The notes beneath the pieces were generated by a model. The model was not told the DNA's origin and ran no database searches. It saw only the letters and a list, made by a program, of their open reading frames with translations. Position numbers and translations under genes: made by a program. DNA of 64,000 bases, from NCBI GenBank assembly GCA_965140785.1, contig OZ223481.1, positions 544,001 through 608,000 of the forward strand, written 5' to 3'. This stretch comes from an uncultured Ruficoccus sp. (GTDB lineage: Bacteria > Verrucomicrobiota > Verrucomicrobiia > Opitutales > Cerasicoccaceae). Shown piece by piece: positions 1 through 9,052 of the stretch. The first letter of the stretch is position 1; each line of letters starts with the position of its first letter.

Positions 1-634
1 GCGCACGCAGAACGAATCTGCTGTTGGGCTGACCCTCGGTGATGATGGCGTCGATCTGTTCGGGGAGGAGGTCCCACTGCTCGAGCTTGGCACGGGCGGC
101 TTCGGTGATGCTGCCGTCGGGATCGCGCTCATGGGCGCTGATCAACTCACGCTGCGCGCTGAGCAACTCCGGGCTGTAAATCTCGGCCAAGTGTTCGCCC
201 GCCTTGACCGGGATGCCGGTGTAGTTAACGAAGAGCCGGTCGATGCGGGCCGGGAAACGCGCGGTTAGGGACTTGATCTGCGTTTCGTCGTATTCGAGTT
301 TGCCGACGAGCCGTATCTCGGCCTCCGGGAAGGTGCGCTCGACAGCGGTGGTCTGTATCTCAGCCAGGGCGCGTGCGCTCTCGCTCATGGTGAGCGTGCG
401 CTGGCCGCCATCGTCCTCCTGCACGAGCGGGATCAGGTCCATGCCGCAGATGGGGCACTGGCCCGGCTCGGACTGCTGGATTTGCGGATGCATGGAGCAG
501 GTCCAACTCGTGGCCTCATCCGCAGCGGGCGTGGCAGTTTTTTCTGCCGCGAGGGCAGGTAGGAGCACTGGACCGCTCAGGAACGTGGCGACCAGGAGGG
601 TGGCGGCGAGAGTGGGGCGGATTATGAGTTTCAT
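1..634 (-). CDS. CusB-like RND efflux periplasmic adaptor with heavy-metal-binding domain (runs off the window edge)
   Basis: Manual translation from ATG 634: MKLIIRPTL...WTCSMHPQIQQSEPGQCPICGMDLIP; start overlaps the TolC stop (ATGA). Confidence 0.85.
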   Translation of the reverse strand, partial: MKLIIRPTLAATLLVATFLSGPVLLPALAAEKTATPAADEATSWTCSMHPQIQQSEPGQCPICGMDLIPLVQEDDGGQRTLTMSESARALAEIQTTAVERTFPEAEIRLVGKLEYDETQIKSLTARFPARIDRLFVNYTGIPVKAGEHLAEIYSPELLSAQRELISAHERDPDGSITEAARAKLEQWDLLPEQIDAIITEGQPNSRFVLRA

Positions 635-1923
635 CGTGTTTGAGCGGCTTGGAAGGTTCCGAGGATGGGTTGGTTGACCAGCGTCTGAAGGGTGACGATC
701 TGTTGCCAGGCGTCGGCGGCGGCTCGCCAGTAAAGGGTTTGGAGTTCGAGTACGTCGCGCTCGGTTTCGATGACATCAGGGATGTCTGAGCGCCCGCTTT
801 CGTAGCTGGTGCGGGTGTTTTCGGCGGCCTGCTCGGCCAGTCCGAGCAGGTCCTCACCGTAAAGGCGCAGGCGGCGGTCGGCATCATGAAGCAGGGCCAG
901 ACTGGCGCTCAGGTCAGCCTTGAGCATGTTGCGGCGACTGTCGTACTCGTTCTGCGAGGCGCGCATATTGGCCAGCGCTTCGGCGCGCGCGGCGCTATAT
1001 TTCTCGAACCAGATGGGCAGCGTGACGGCGACGGTAAAGCCCCAGGGGTCCTGTCCGGCATCCGGAGTGTTGGGGTTGATCGGATCGCCCAGTTGGACGT
1101 AGTTCAAACCGAGCGTGATGTCCGGATAGCTTTCCATCCGCGCAATCTCTCGGCGGGCTTCGGCGCTGTTGATTTTGCGCTCAAGCATGGCCAGTTCGGG
1201 ATTGTTTTCCTCCAGGGCCAGCCCCAGTGAGGGGCCGTCGGGCTCGTAAGAGGCAGGCGCCGCCCACTGCGGCCAGGGCAACACGCCGGTGCCCCCAATT
1301 GCCAGTAGCTCCTGTAGGCGTGCGGATTGAGCGATGCGTTTTTGCCGGAGGGTGGAGAGCGCGTCCTCGGCTTTGCCCAGTTCGACTTTGAGCCGCAACA
1401 GATCGTTCAAGTCATTGCCGGCTTTGACCTTTTCCTCGACGATCGGCTCCAGCCGCCCGAGCAGGTCCAGGTTTTTTCGGGTCAGCTCGATCGCCTTGCC
1501 CGTGTAGGCGTACTCGTAGTAGGCGATGGATACAGCCCGTGCGAGTGCGAGCTGCTGGTTCTGGTAGGCGAACCACAATGCCTCGGCTTCGGCCGAGGCT
1601 GCATCCTCGCGACTGCTGAGCTTGCCAAACCACGGGATCGTCTGGCTGAGCATAAAGACATTCTCCTGCGGACCGGTGCGGGTCTGGATCGCTTCGACGA
1701 AGTGGGTGACCTGAAACATGGGGTCGGGGAGGGCCGAGGCCTGCGGGATGCGTTTCATCGCCGCCTCATAGCGCGCTTCGAAGGTCTTGAGCTGCGGGTT
1801 CTCCCTCTGCGCCTGCTGGAGGTAATCCCGCAGGTTGGAGCCGACCCAGGGGGACTCCTGTGCGGATGCGCGACTCAGAAGGACGAGGCTGAAAAGGAGG
1901 ATTGAGTAAATAGGCCGGTGCAT
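631..1923 (-). CDS. TolC/CusC-family outer-membrane efflux protein
   Basis: Signal peptide (…SRASA-QE), ALPDP and YPDITLG outer-membrane-factor repeats; upstream of the adaptor gene. Confidence 0.9.
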   Translation of the reverse strand: MHRPIYSILLFSLVLLSRASAQESPWVGSNLRDYLQQAQRENPQLKTFEARYEAAMKRIPQASALPDPMFQVTHFVEAIQTRTGPQENVFMLSQTIPWFGKLSSREDAASAEAEALWFAYQNQQLALARAVSIAYYEYAYTGKAIELTRKNLDLLGRLEPIVEEKVKAGNDLNDLLRLKVELGKAEDALSTLRQKRIAQSARLQELLAIGGTGVLPWPQWAAPASYEPDGPSLGLALEENNPELAMLERKINSAEARREIARMESYPDITLGLNYVQLGDPINPNTPDAGQDPWGFTVAVTLPIWFEKYSAARAEALANMRASQNEYDSRRNMLKADLSASLALLHDADRRLRLYGEDLLGLAEQAAENTRTSYESGRSDIPDVIETERDVLELQTLYWRAAADAWQQIVTLQTLVNQPILGTFQAAQTR

Positions 1924-1961
1924 AATCAGGATCTCCACCGGGGGCGGCGGATATCCCATTT

Positions 1962-1987
1962 AACGCATCGTCACCGCCAAGCCCTTA
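1962..1987 (-). promoter_or_regulatory. Putative ECF-sigma promoter upstream of tolC-like gene
   Basis: Minus strand TAAGGGC-N13-TGCGTT; same motif and spacing as 3382-3407. Confidence 0.6.
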
Positions 1988-2554
1988 AACTTTTTCCAGG
2001 CGCTCGCGCAGAAACTTCCGCGCGCGGTAGATGCGGGTTTCGACCGCTTTGACGCTGATCCCGAGGACGGCGGCGCACTCTTCCTGCGAGTTTTCCTCCA
2101 GCACGCAGAACACGAGCGGGAAGCGCAGCTTGTGCGGCAACTCTTCGATGGCGGCCTGCACCGCCTGGACAGACTCGCGGGCGTCCGCCTGGTTGGAGGG
2201 CGAGCGGCCGGAGCTTTCGATCATATCGCCCAGCCGTTGCTCGGAGTCCTCCCGGCGGGGAGAATCGAGCGAGATTTCTCCGCGACGTTTTTTCCGCCGC
2301 CGCAGGAAGTCCCGTCCCAGATTGGCCGCGATGGTGAAAATCCAAGTCCGTACGCGGGCCTTCGGGCGGAATCGGTGCGCGTATTTATACACGCGATAAA
2401 AAGTTTCGCTGGTCAGGTCCGCCGCGTCCGTTTCGTTGCCGCAGTAGCGCAGGGTGAAGTGAAAGACCGCTTCCTGATGGCGCCTCATCAGCGCGCTCAG
2501 GCCACTGTCGTCACCCTGCTGAATGCGCTCCAGAGCTGGCAAATCTTCGTCCAT
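1985..2554 (-). CDS. ECF sigma-70 factor (CnrH-like position)
   Basis: Region 2 (DAADLTSETF, TWIFTIAAN) and region 4 (SQEECAAVLGISVKAVETRIYRAR). Confidence 0.92.
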   Translation of the reverse strand: MDEDLPALERIQQGDDSGLSALMRRHQEAVFHFTLRYCGNETDAADLTSETFYRVYKYAHRFRPKARVRTWIFTIAANLGRDFLRRRKKRRGEISLDSPRREDSEQRLGDMIESSGRSPSNQADARESVQAVQAAIEELPHKLRFPLVFCVLEENSQEECAAVLGISVKAVETRIYRARKFLRERLEKV

Positions 2555-2569
2555 CGTCGTGGGCTGCGA

Positions 2570-3052
2570 TCATTCCGGCTGGCTGAGGGCTTCCACTGCG
2601 ATCTCGCGCAGTTTCGCCTGCTTATCCGGAGGCAGGACACTGAGCATGTCATAGTAATGCTCGATGGACAAGGTCTGCAATTGGCCGTGAACGACGTGAA
2701 GCCGGTGGACCGCGTCGTTGACTTCATCGGAGTAGCGGTCGTGGGTGCGCAGCAGTTCCGAGAGGGCGTCGATCCGCTGCTGAAAAGCCTCCAGTAAGGC
2801 CTCTCGCTGCTGGCGATACTCGAGATCAAAAGCGTCCAGGCGGGCCGATTCTGCGGGCGTGAGGTTCAGCTCGTGCCGCAGCCAGGCGTTTCCGGGAGGC
2901 TGGTCCTGGCTCGCCGTTTCATTGCCGATAACCAGGTGCGTGGTCAGAAACGAGACGCCAACGCAAACGCCGATAAGGATAAGGGTCAGCACCAGCAGCC
3001 GCTTGGCCGGGGCGGGGGAGGGGTCTTGAGTGTTCATAGCCGGGACGGTCAC
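2570..3052 (-). CDS. Membrane-anchored periplasmic heavy-metal sensor (CnrX/Spy-CpxP-like)
   Basis: N-terminal TM helix, LNLTP and LPPDKQ motifs, His/Met residues (HVVHGQL, EHYYDM). Confidence 0.75.
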   Translation of the reverse strand: MTVPAMNTQDPSPAPAKRLLVLTLILIGVCVGVSFLTTHLVIGNETASQDQPPGNAWLRHELNLTPAESARLDAFDLEYRQQREALLEAFQQRIDALSELLRTHDRYSDEVNDAVHRLHVVHGQLQTLSIEHYYDMLSVLPPDKQAKLREIAVEALSQPE

Positions 3053-3372
3053 CGCTCGAACTTAACCAACTCGGTCTGTTTGACAAAGTCGAAATCCAGC
3101 GCCCGGCTGGCCGCAGCCTGTCGCTCGGTCTGATTCGCGTAAGCCGAAGCCGAGAAGGCGGTAATGACCGCGCTTCCCAGCGCGAAAAGGGCCACCCCCG
3201 CCATGATGGCAGCGCCGCTGGGAATGATATTCCAGGAAAACCAGCCGTGCGCTTCATCCCGCGATTCGGCCCGTATGCGCCGCCTCACCCGCGACTCCAT
3301 ATTCGCCGGGCACGGTGGGAGTTTTGCCTCCCGCATGCGCCTCAGCGCAGCCTCTATTTCACGATCGTGCAT
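3049..3372 (-). CDS. Putative anti-sigma factor (CnrY-like small single-pass membrane protein)
   Basis: 107 aa with one TM segment; first gene of the Y-X-sigma-TolC-adaptor operon. Confidence 0.6.
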   Translation of the reverse strand: MHDREIEAALRRMREAKLPPCPANMESRVRRRIRAESRDEAHGWFSWNIIPSGAAIMAGVALFALGSAVITAFSASAYANQTERQAAASRALDFDFVKQTELVKFER

Positions 3373-3381
3373 GAATCCTTA

Positions 3382-3407
3382 AACGCACCCGCTTTCCCCA
3401 CCCCTCA
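3382..3407 (-). promoter_or_regulatory. Putative ECF-sigma promoter upstream of anti-sigma gene
   Basis: Minus strand TGAGGGG-N13-TGCGTT, 9 nt before the ATG; twin of 1962-1987. Confidence 0.6.
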
Positions 3408-3430
3408 AAAAACGTACAAATTTACATAAC

Positions 3431-3505
3431 TGGTGCCCCCACCGAGACTCGAACTCGGATTAACGGTTTAGGAAACCGCGGTTCTATCCATTGAACTATG
3501 AGGAC
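3431..3505 (-). tRNA. tRNA-Arg (anticodon CCT)
   Basis: GTCCTCATAGTTCAATGGATAGAACCGCGGT-TTCCTAA-ACCGT...GTTCGAGTC...GGGGGCACCA folds as a cloverleaf with encoded CCA. Confidence 0.95.
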
Positions 3506-3506
3506 A
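3468..3506. repeat. att site, copy 1 (tRNA 5' half plus anticodon loop)
   Basis: 39-bp exact direct repeat with 12460-12498. Confidence 0.92.
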
Positions 3507-3595
3507 ACCTGTTTATATAAAACGACTTACGATCCTGATGTCTTTGCCGTAGAATTGACTTGTCACCGAGTTTTGTAACCCCTTAGATTCAAGGT

Positions 3596-4672
3596 ATGCC
3601 AAAGACGAAGCCAGCCGACGCAGGAAGCGGCCAGTTCGTGAAGGTTGCTGAGAATCTATATCGGTATCAGCCATCAGGGGGTTACTATGCTTTGCTGAAA
3701 CGAGGCGGCAAGCAAATCCGCCGTTCGCTCAAGACTCAGGATCGCAAGCTGGCCGAGCGTCGTCTGGCCGATCTGCGCGAAAAGGTGGACCGCATCGACA
3801 CCAGCAAGGGCAAGACCAAGATCGAGTTTATGGAGGCCGCCCAGCTTTGGCTCGACTCGATGCAGCCACATCTCAAGCCCAGTTCGTTTCTTCGGCGGCA
3901 AACGAGTATCAAGCAACTCAAGCGGCATTTTGGCCGCCACTCGGTGCGAGCGATTACCCGCAAGCTTTGTGATGAATGGGCGAAGGCACGCAGTCCGCAG
4001 ATTGCAGCTTCCACGTTCAACAACGAGCGCGAGACTCTGGTCTCGATTTTGGATTACGCTGTGCGCGAAGGCTACCTCCTGGATAACCCCGCTCGCGTGC
4101 TCAAGCGTCGTCGCCAGGGCAAAACGCAACTCTCCATTCCGACCCGTGAGCAATTCCTCACGCTGGTGAAAACCCTCCGCAAGTTGGACCCGCGCTATTG
4201 GGCTGCTGCCGATCTGGTGGAGCTGCTCGCCTACTCGGGCATGCGCAAAGGGGAGGCTAACGCCATGCAGTGGGAGGATGTCGATTTTGACCGGGGGCAA
4301 TTCGTTGTCACCGGTGGCGTGACCGGAACCAAGAATTTAGATGTTCGCCACGTCCCGCTATTTCCTATCCTACGTGAGTTCCTGGCACGCCTGAAAGCCG
4401 ACTATGGCGACATAACTCCAACAGGTGACATTCTCCCGACCAAGAACGCCAAAAAGGCAATGGACGCTGCATGCAAGCAAGCCGAGCTCCCGCACTTCAA
4501 TCACCATAGCCTCCGCCATTACTTCGTGAGCAACGCCATCGAAAAGGGTATCGATTTCAAGGTCATCGCCCAATGGATTGGCCACAAAGACGGCGGCGTA
4601 CTTGTCGCCCAAACCTACGGCCACCTCCGCGATACACATTCGTTTGAGATGGCTAAATTAATGGATTCATGA
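3596..4672 (+). CDS. Tyrosine recombinase/integrase
   Basis: SGMRKGE, HSLRH, WIGH and YGH catalytic motifs; adjacent to tRNA. Confidence 0.95.
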   Translation: MPKTKPADAGSGQFVKVAENLYRYQPSGGYYALLKRGGKQIRRSLKTQDRKLAERRLADLREKVDRIDTSKGKTKIEFMEAAQLWLDSMQPHLKPSSFLRRQTSIKQLKRHFGRHSVRAITRKLCDEWAKARSPQIAASTFNNERETLVSILDYAVREGYLLDNPARVLKRRRQGKTQLSIPTREQFLTLVKTLRKLDPRYWAAADLVELLAYSGMRKGEANAMQWEDVDFDRGQFVVTGGVTGTKNLDVRHVPLFPILREFLARLKADYGDITPTGDILPTKNAKKAMDAACKQAELPHFNHHSLRHYFVSNAIEKGIDFKVIAQWIGHKDGGVLVAQTYGHLRDTHSFEMAKLMDS

Positions 4673-5364
4673 CTCCCGAAGATGAATTAACCGGTGGAAT
4701 TATACGGACGCTTCGTCAAGGTCTAATAAACAATTTAGGTAATAGCTTGCTCAATGACGATGAAAACGGAATGCCTCCCGATTGGGCTATTCACCTTTTC
4801 AGATTATCTGGTGTTGAGAAGGCTATAAGCGTATTACCTCAATTCATTGAGGCAATCGAAGGCTGCGAAGGTAATATTACGGATATACGCGCGAGTGGGC
4901 AACGGGCGGGGACCATCTCTGCCTTGTTTTTAGTGTTGCGTCATTACCTCAAGGAATTCCCACGCTTACAAGAACAGCTCTCAAAAGAAACATCCCGAGG
5001 TGAGGCGGAAATATCTTTTATTACCAATAGTATACTAGCTGAATGCTCAGGGCAATTTACCAATGCCATAGACAATGGGGAAACTCAGTATCTATTGGAA
5101 TTCACGAAAGCGTTCAGTATGCATCTTGACAATTGCATTGGAGAGCTGGAATTCAAAACGACAACAGCAACTCCCATATACATCGCCCTATCCCTACACT
5201 GGCCAACTATTGAGAAGATAAAGAATTTGCCTAGCCTACACTCTTGGCTATGCAAACAAATAGGCTCGCAACTCGTCGGAGATGAAGAGCGAATCAAGAA
5301 ACTTTTACAGCGAGCCGGCGTGAAGTTATTCAAGCCAGGACGCCCCAAAAACAGGGACACATAA
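4669..5364 (+). CDS. Hypothetical protein, possible element regulator
   Basis: 231-aa ORF overlapping the integrase stop (ATGA); basic C-terminus (KPGRPK). Confidence 0.6.
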   Translation: MTPEDELTGGIIRTLRQGLINNLGNSLLNDDENGMPPDWAIHLFRLSGVEKAISVLPQFIEAIEGCEGNITDIRASGQRAGTISALFLVLRHYLKEFPRLQEQLSKETSRGEAEISFITNSILAECSGQFTNAIDNGETQYLLEFTKAFSMHLDNCIGELEFKTTTATPIYIALSLHWPTIEKIKNLPSLHSWLCKQIGSQLVGDEERIKKLLQRAGVKLFKPGRPKNRDT

Positions 5365-5385
5365 TTTTTCGGCTGTCCCTGTTTT
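5348..5385. promoter_or_regulatory. 12-bp inverted repeat upstream of xis (candidate operator)
   Basis: AAAACAGGGACA-N14-TGTCCCTGTTTT. Confidence 0.5.
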
Positions 5386-5415
5386 AGGGAGATAAACTTA
5401 GCTATAGTCTAGCTC

Positions 5416-5610
5416 ATGAAAGCAAGAGCTAGATTACCTAAGCCTCGCCTCGCTTACACGAGAGAAGAGGCAGCCGAAGCACTCGGCCTGTCGGCGGTCA
5501 GTATCGACCGATTAACCAAGCGTGGATTGTTGCGCCCGTCGCGGGCAACGAGGCGTCCGCTATACTCGATCAGCGAAATACAGCGTTTCCTCCAGGAAAC
5601 GCGTGTCTAG
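5416..5610 (+). CDS. Excisionase/AlpA-like helix-turn-helix protein
   Basis: 64 aa, AYTREEAAEALGLSAVSIDRLTKRGLL. Confidence 0.85.
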   Translation: MKARARLPKPRLAYTREEAAEALGLSAVSIDRLTKRGLLRPSRATRRPLYSISEIQRFLQETRV

Positions 5611-5621
5611 GAGGGTGCGTC

Positions 5622-6641
5622 ATGGAAAACGAACATTGTTTTTCTTTGCCCCGCCCAAGGCCAAACACAGTCTTGCTGCAAGGTGGAGCGCAGCCGAAGG
5701 CGAGCAATACCTTGCGGCAGGACTGTAAAATTGGCCAGGCGGCGGCAAGGGAGATAACGCCAGCGTGTGGAGTAGGCGAGGCAGACGGCGGGACACTATC
5801 TCCATTCTACCCGAAATCGTGGTTTCACCCCATCGGAGTACTCAAGATAAGAAAAGAACTGCTTGAGCGTCTACCAGATGTCTCAGGATGCCTTTTTCTG
5901 ACCTTTACAGTAGACCCTAAGTTGTTTTCAGGGCCAGATTCCGCTTATAGTTATTCGAGGGATAAATTAAGAAAAATATTTTATCGATTACGCAATGGAG
6001 TCAATTGGGAGGGTAAACATTATAAAATTAATTCACCCTATTTCGTTAAAACGGAATTTCATAATAATGGCTTTGCTCATTACCATATAGTATTTCTGAC
6101 AAAGCGCTTTTTACCCGGTAATTTATTAAATCACCTTTGGGGCTTTGGTCGTACCAATGTTAAACGGATTTCCAATAAAGAATTCAATTACCTGCTTAAA
6201 TATGTTTCTAAAGGCAATGATTTACCCAATTGGGTTAAAGCTAAAAACCGCATTAGAATAGTTCAGCCATCTAAAGGCTTTTATTTAAAGCTTAATGAAT
6301 TAGCCAAAGGGCAGGACAATAGTAATCCTGAGCCTAAAAAGCGCAATTGCAGCGCGACTATTGGCGAACGAATTAACCTTTGGCGGCATAAAGCCGTGTT
6401 TCGTAAAGGAAAAAGGGCTTGGACCATTAAATTGGCCAAACCCTTCTTTGAAATCCTTTCGGAATTAATTCTCCCACTCGCCCAGACTGGCAAGTACTTG
6501 GGCGGGTGGACAATGAAAATCCTTAATATAGGAGAAATATCAAAATGGCTGATTCAACCAGCAAAAACAAGAATGAAATCAATATCCCTGAAAGCGGGAT
6601 TTATGTTCGGGGGGTCGTGGTCTCCAAGTCCTGCCGACTGA
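5622..6641 (+). CDS. HUH-superfamily rolling-circle replication initiator (true start may lie downstream)
   Basis: Motif I FLTFT, motif II HYH (EFHNNGFAHYHIV), motif III YLLKY. Confidence 0.85.
   Translation: MENEHCFSLPRPRPNTVLLQGGAQPKASNTLRQDCKIGQAAAREITPACGVGEADGGTLSPFYPKSWFHPIGVLKIRKELLERLPDVSGCLFLTFTVDPKLFSGPDSAYSYSRDKLRKIFYRLRNGVNWEGKHYKINSPYFVKTEFHNNGFAHYHIVFLTKRFLPGNLLNHLWGFGRTNVKRISNKEFNYLLKYVSKGNDLPNWVKAKNRIRIVQPSKGFYLKLNELAKGQDNSNPEPKKRNCSATIGERINLWRHKAVFRKGKRAWTIKLAKPFFEILSELILPLAQTGKYLGGWTMKILNIGEISKWLIQPAKTRMKSISLKAGFMFGGSWSPSPAD
5667..5726. other. Large hairpin, candidate single-strand origin
   Basis: 18-bp stem ACAGTCTTGCTGCAAGGT/ACCTTGCGGCAGGACTGT with 2 G-T pairs and an inner GCC-GAA-GGC mini-hairpin. 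Confidence 0.45.
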
Positions 6642-6883
6642 TAAACAAAAAAGATGGGTCTGGTCGACTTGTGCTCATTAAGCACGAGCTGGCTACACAG
6701 CCAGGAATGGCGGTTTGGGAAGAGTTCTTCGACCCTGCCCGAAACCCTGGAATCAAAATCGAGGGTGAGCAGGTCTCGACATGGCCACAGTGTGAGGAAT
6801 TCCAGCCTGTGACCCTGCGTGCTGAACGCTTCCGAATCGTTAACGAGACGCTTCACGTCTCAAACGCTGAGGTGATCAGCTAA
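6545..6883 (+). CDS. Putative ssDNA-binding (OB-fold-like) protein
   Basis: 112 aa with beta-strand-like pattern, directly after Rep as in inovirus rep-ssb order; inferred from position. Confidence 0.5.
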   Translation: MADSTSKNKNEINIPESGIYVRGVVVSKSCRLINKKDGSGRLVLIKHELATQPGMAVWEEFFDPARNPGIKIEGEQVSTWPQCEEFQPVTLRAERFRIVNETLHVSNAEVIS

Positions 6884-6914
6884 TGAACACCCGGGCGAAG
6901 GTCCAGAAGGACTG

Positions 6915-6971
6915 GCGGGCAGTCGCGCGAGAGCGCGACTCCCGCTTTTCCTTGTTTACATGAACAATAAC
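6915..6971 (+). other. GC hairpin plus CTTGTTTA motif: candidate double-strand origin and/or terminator
   Basis: GCGGG-C-AGTCGCGC-GAGA-GCGCGACT-CCCGC-TTTT followed by TTGTT-TACATG-AACAA. Confidence 0.45.
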
Positions 6972-7039
6972 TGTCAACTGGTCAATTGGTCGGGGGATTT
7001 CGGGCTTCACTTAAAGGATGGATGTCGCATTCTTTGTGC

Positions 7040-9052
7040 ATGCCTGAAAGCACTCTAAGCCTTACGAGTTTTTTTACAATTCCGAGTACAGATCACTCTT
7101 CCGAGTTATTTACTGCTGCCGCGCAGACGCACATTGAGGCACTTTTAACCGAAAAGAAGGGAAAGGCATACATAAAATGCCAAGTACGTGGTAAAGAAGT
7201 AGTTGCAAAGCAAGAAGAGATTGTTCGGCAGTTTTGGATTTACCGTCTTGAGCATCATTATGGATACCCTCTCAAGCGCCTTGCTGTAGAGTATCCCGTT
7301 ACCTTTGGCCGAGATACCTCAAAACGAGCGGATATTGTTATATTTGATGCGGATAGGCCTACGGTGCCTTACATTATCGTTGAAGTCAAAAAGACCAAAG
7401 AAAGTGAAGGTAAGGAACAGCTGCGCTCTTATTGCCACGCGACTGGCGCACCATTAGCTATCTGGTCAAACGGGGAACAATTCGTTTCCTGGCACCGCAA
7501 GAATCCAAATTACTTCGTTGAAATCCCCGATGTCCCCGCTTGCAACCAGACGTTGGAGGAAGTTATCAACCAGCCTTGGGATATTACAACCTTGCTGGAA
7601 TTCGAGCAAGAGCGCGAAAAAGAAGGCTTAGCTGCTCGTAGCCTTAAAGACCTTATCAAGGGTATGGAGAATGAAGTTCTGGCCAATGCGGGAGTCGATG
7701 TCTTTGAGGAGGTTTTTAAGCTTATCTTCACTAAGCTTTACGATGAGTTGTCTGTTTATCGAAAGAGCTACAAGCATCTGCGCTTCCGGAATACCGACAC
7801 TGCCGCCAAGGTCAAGGAACGCATTCAGCAGCTATTTGAGGAGGCGAATAAAAAATGGCATGGTGTGTTTCCAGAGGGTGAACGCATCCGGCTAACGCCA
7901 GATCACTTGCAAGTTTGCGTGGGTTCACTGGAGCAATACAAGCTGTTCAATAGCAATTTGGACATTATTGACGATGCGTTTGAATACTTGGTCAGTAAGT
8001 CTTCTAAAGGCGAGAAGGGACAGTACTTTACGCCTCGTTGGGTGATCGACATGTGCGTAAAAATGCTCAATCCAACCAAGGATGAGTATTTGATAGATAC
8101 TGCGTGCGGCTCCGCTGGATTCACCATGCATGCGGCCTTTAAGGTATGGGGCGATATCTGTGATGAAATCGGAGTCGACAGGCACGAGCTTTTTTCTGCC
8201 GCTGATAAACCTCAGCCATGCAAAGACTACATCAAAGACAAGGTTTATGGGATCGATTTTGATGAAAAATCGGTCCGAGTCGCACGCTGCCTGAATATGA
8301 TCGCGGGCGATGGCGAAACAAATGTGCTCCATCTTAATACGCTCGATTATAACCGTTGGGACGAAACCGTCAAAGATGAGGACTGGACTGATACCTATAG
8401 CACAGGCTGGCGTGGTTTGAAAAATCTGCTTGCCCGTAAAAAGGACTACCGTGACCTGCGCTTTGATGTGCTGATGGCTAACCCACCTTTTGCGGGAGAT
8501 ATTAAACAGCCTGACATGCTCAGCCCGTACGAGCTCGCTCACAAGGCAAATGGCAAAGCTGAAAGTAAGGTTGGGCGTGACCTGCTCTTTATTGAGCGCA
8601 ATCTAGATTTCCTCAAGCCTGGCGGTCGTATGGCCGTGGTTCTTCCTCAAGGCCGCTTTAACAACGCCAGCGACAAGCGGGTCCGTGAGTATATTGCCGA
8701 ACATTGCCGCATTCTGGCTGTGGTTGGATTGGAGGGTAATACCTTTAAGCCTCATACGGGAACCAAAACGAGCGTTCTCTTTGTCCAAAAGTGGAACGAT
8801 GACTCAGAGGTTGGGCCGCTCTGTCCACACGTCGATGATTACAATATCTTCTTTGCCACTCAGCAGCTTCCCGCCAAAGATACCCGAGGAGAACGCATTA
8901 TCGCCCGCGATACCGACGGCAAACTTTTACGCGATAAGCACGGCCACTGGATTGTCCAGCATGACCTTTACAATCATGATGGACTCACACAAGATGGCAT
9001 CGCTGAGGCTTTTCAGGAATTTGCCGCTAAGGAGCGATTGTCTTTTTTTTGA
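7040..9052 (+). CDS. Restriction endonuclease-N6 methyltransferase fusion (HsdR_N-like + HsdM-like; type IIB/IIG-like)
   Basis: N-terminal RADIVIF...IVEVKK nuclease motif; GQYFTP, DTACGSAGF and NPPF methyltransferase motifs. Confidence 0.9.
   Translation: MPESTLSLTSFFTIPSTDHSSELFTAAAQTHIEALLTEKKGKAYIKCQVRGKEVVAKQEEIVRQFWIYRLEHHYGYPLKRLAVEYPVTFGRDTSKRADIVIFDADRPTVPYIIVEVKKTKESEGKEQLRSYCHATGAPLAIWSNGEQFVSWHRKNPNYFVEIPDVPACNQTLEEVINQPWDITTLLEFEQEREKEGLAARSLKDLIKGMENEVLANAGVDVFEEVFKLIFTKLYDELSVYRKSYKHLRFRNTDTAAKVKERIQQLFEEANKKWHGVFPEGERIRLTPDHLQVCVGSLEQYKLFNSNLDIIDDAFEYLVSKSSKGEKGQYFTPRWVIDMCVKMLNPTKDEYLIDTACGSAGFTMHAAFKVWGDICDEIGVDRHELFSAADKPQPCKDYIKDKVYGIDFDEKSVRVARCLNMIAGDGETNVLHLNTLDYNRWDETVKDEDWTDTYSTGWRGLKNLLARKKDYRDLRFDVLMANPPFAGDIKQPDMLSPYELAHKANGKAESKVGRDLLFIERNLDFLKPGGRMAVVLPQGRFNNASDKRVREYIAEHCRILAVVGLEGNTFKPHTGTKTSVLFVQKWNDDSEVGPLCPHVDDYNIFFATQQLPAKDTRGERIIARDTDGKLLRDKHGHWIVQHDLYNHDGLTQDGIAEAFQEFAAKERLSFF

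Noticed and set aside
3596..6883. Complete inovirus prophage
   Set aside because: No Zot/pI ATPase or small hydrophobic coat genes between the att sites
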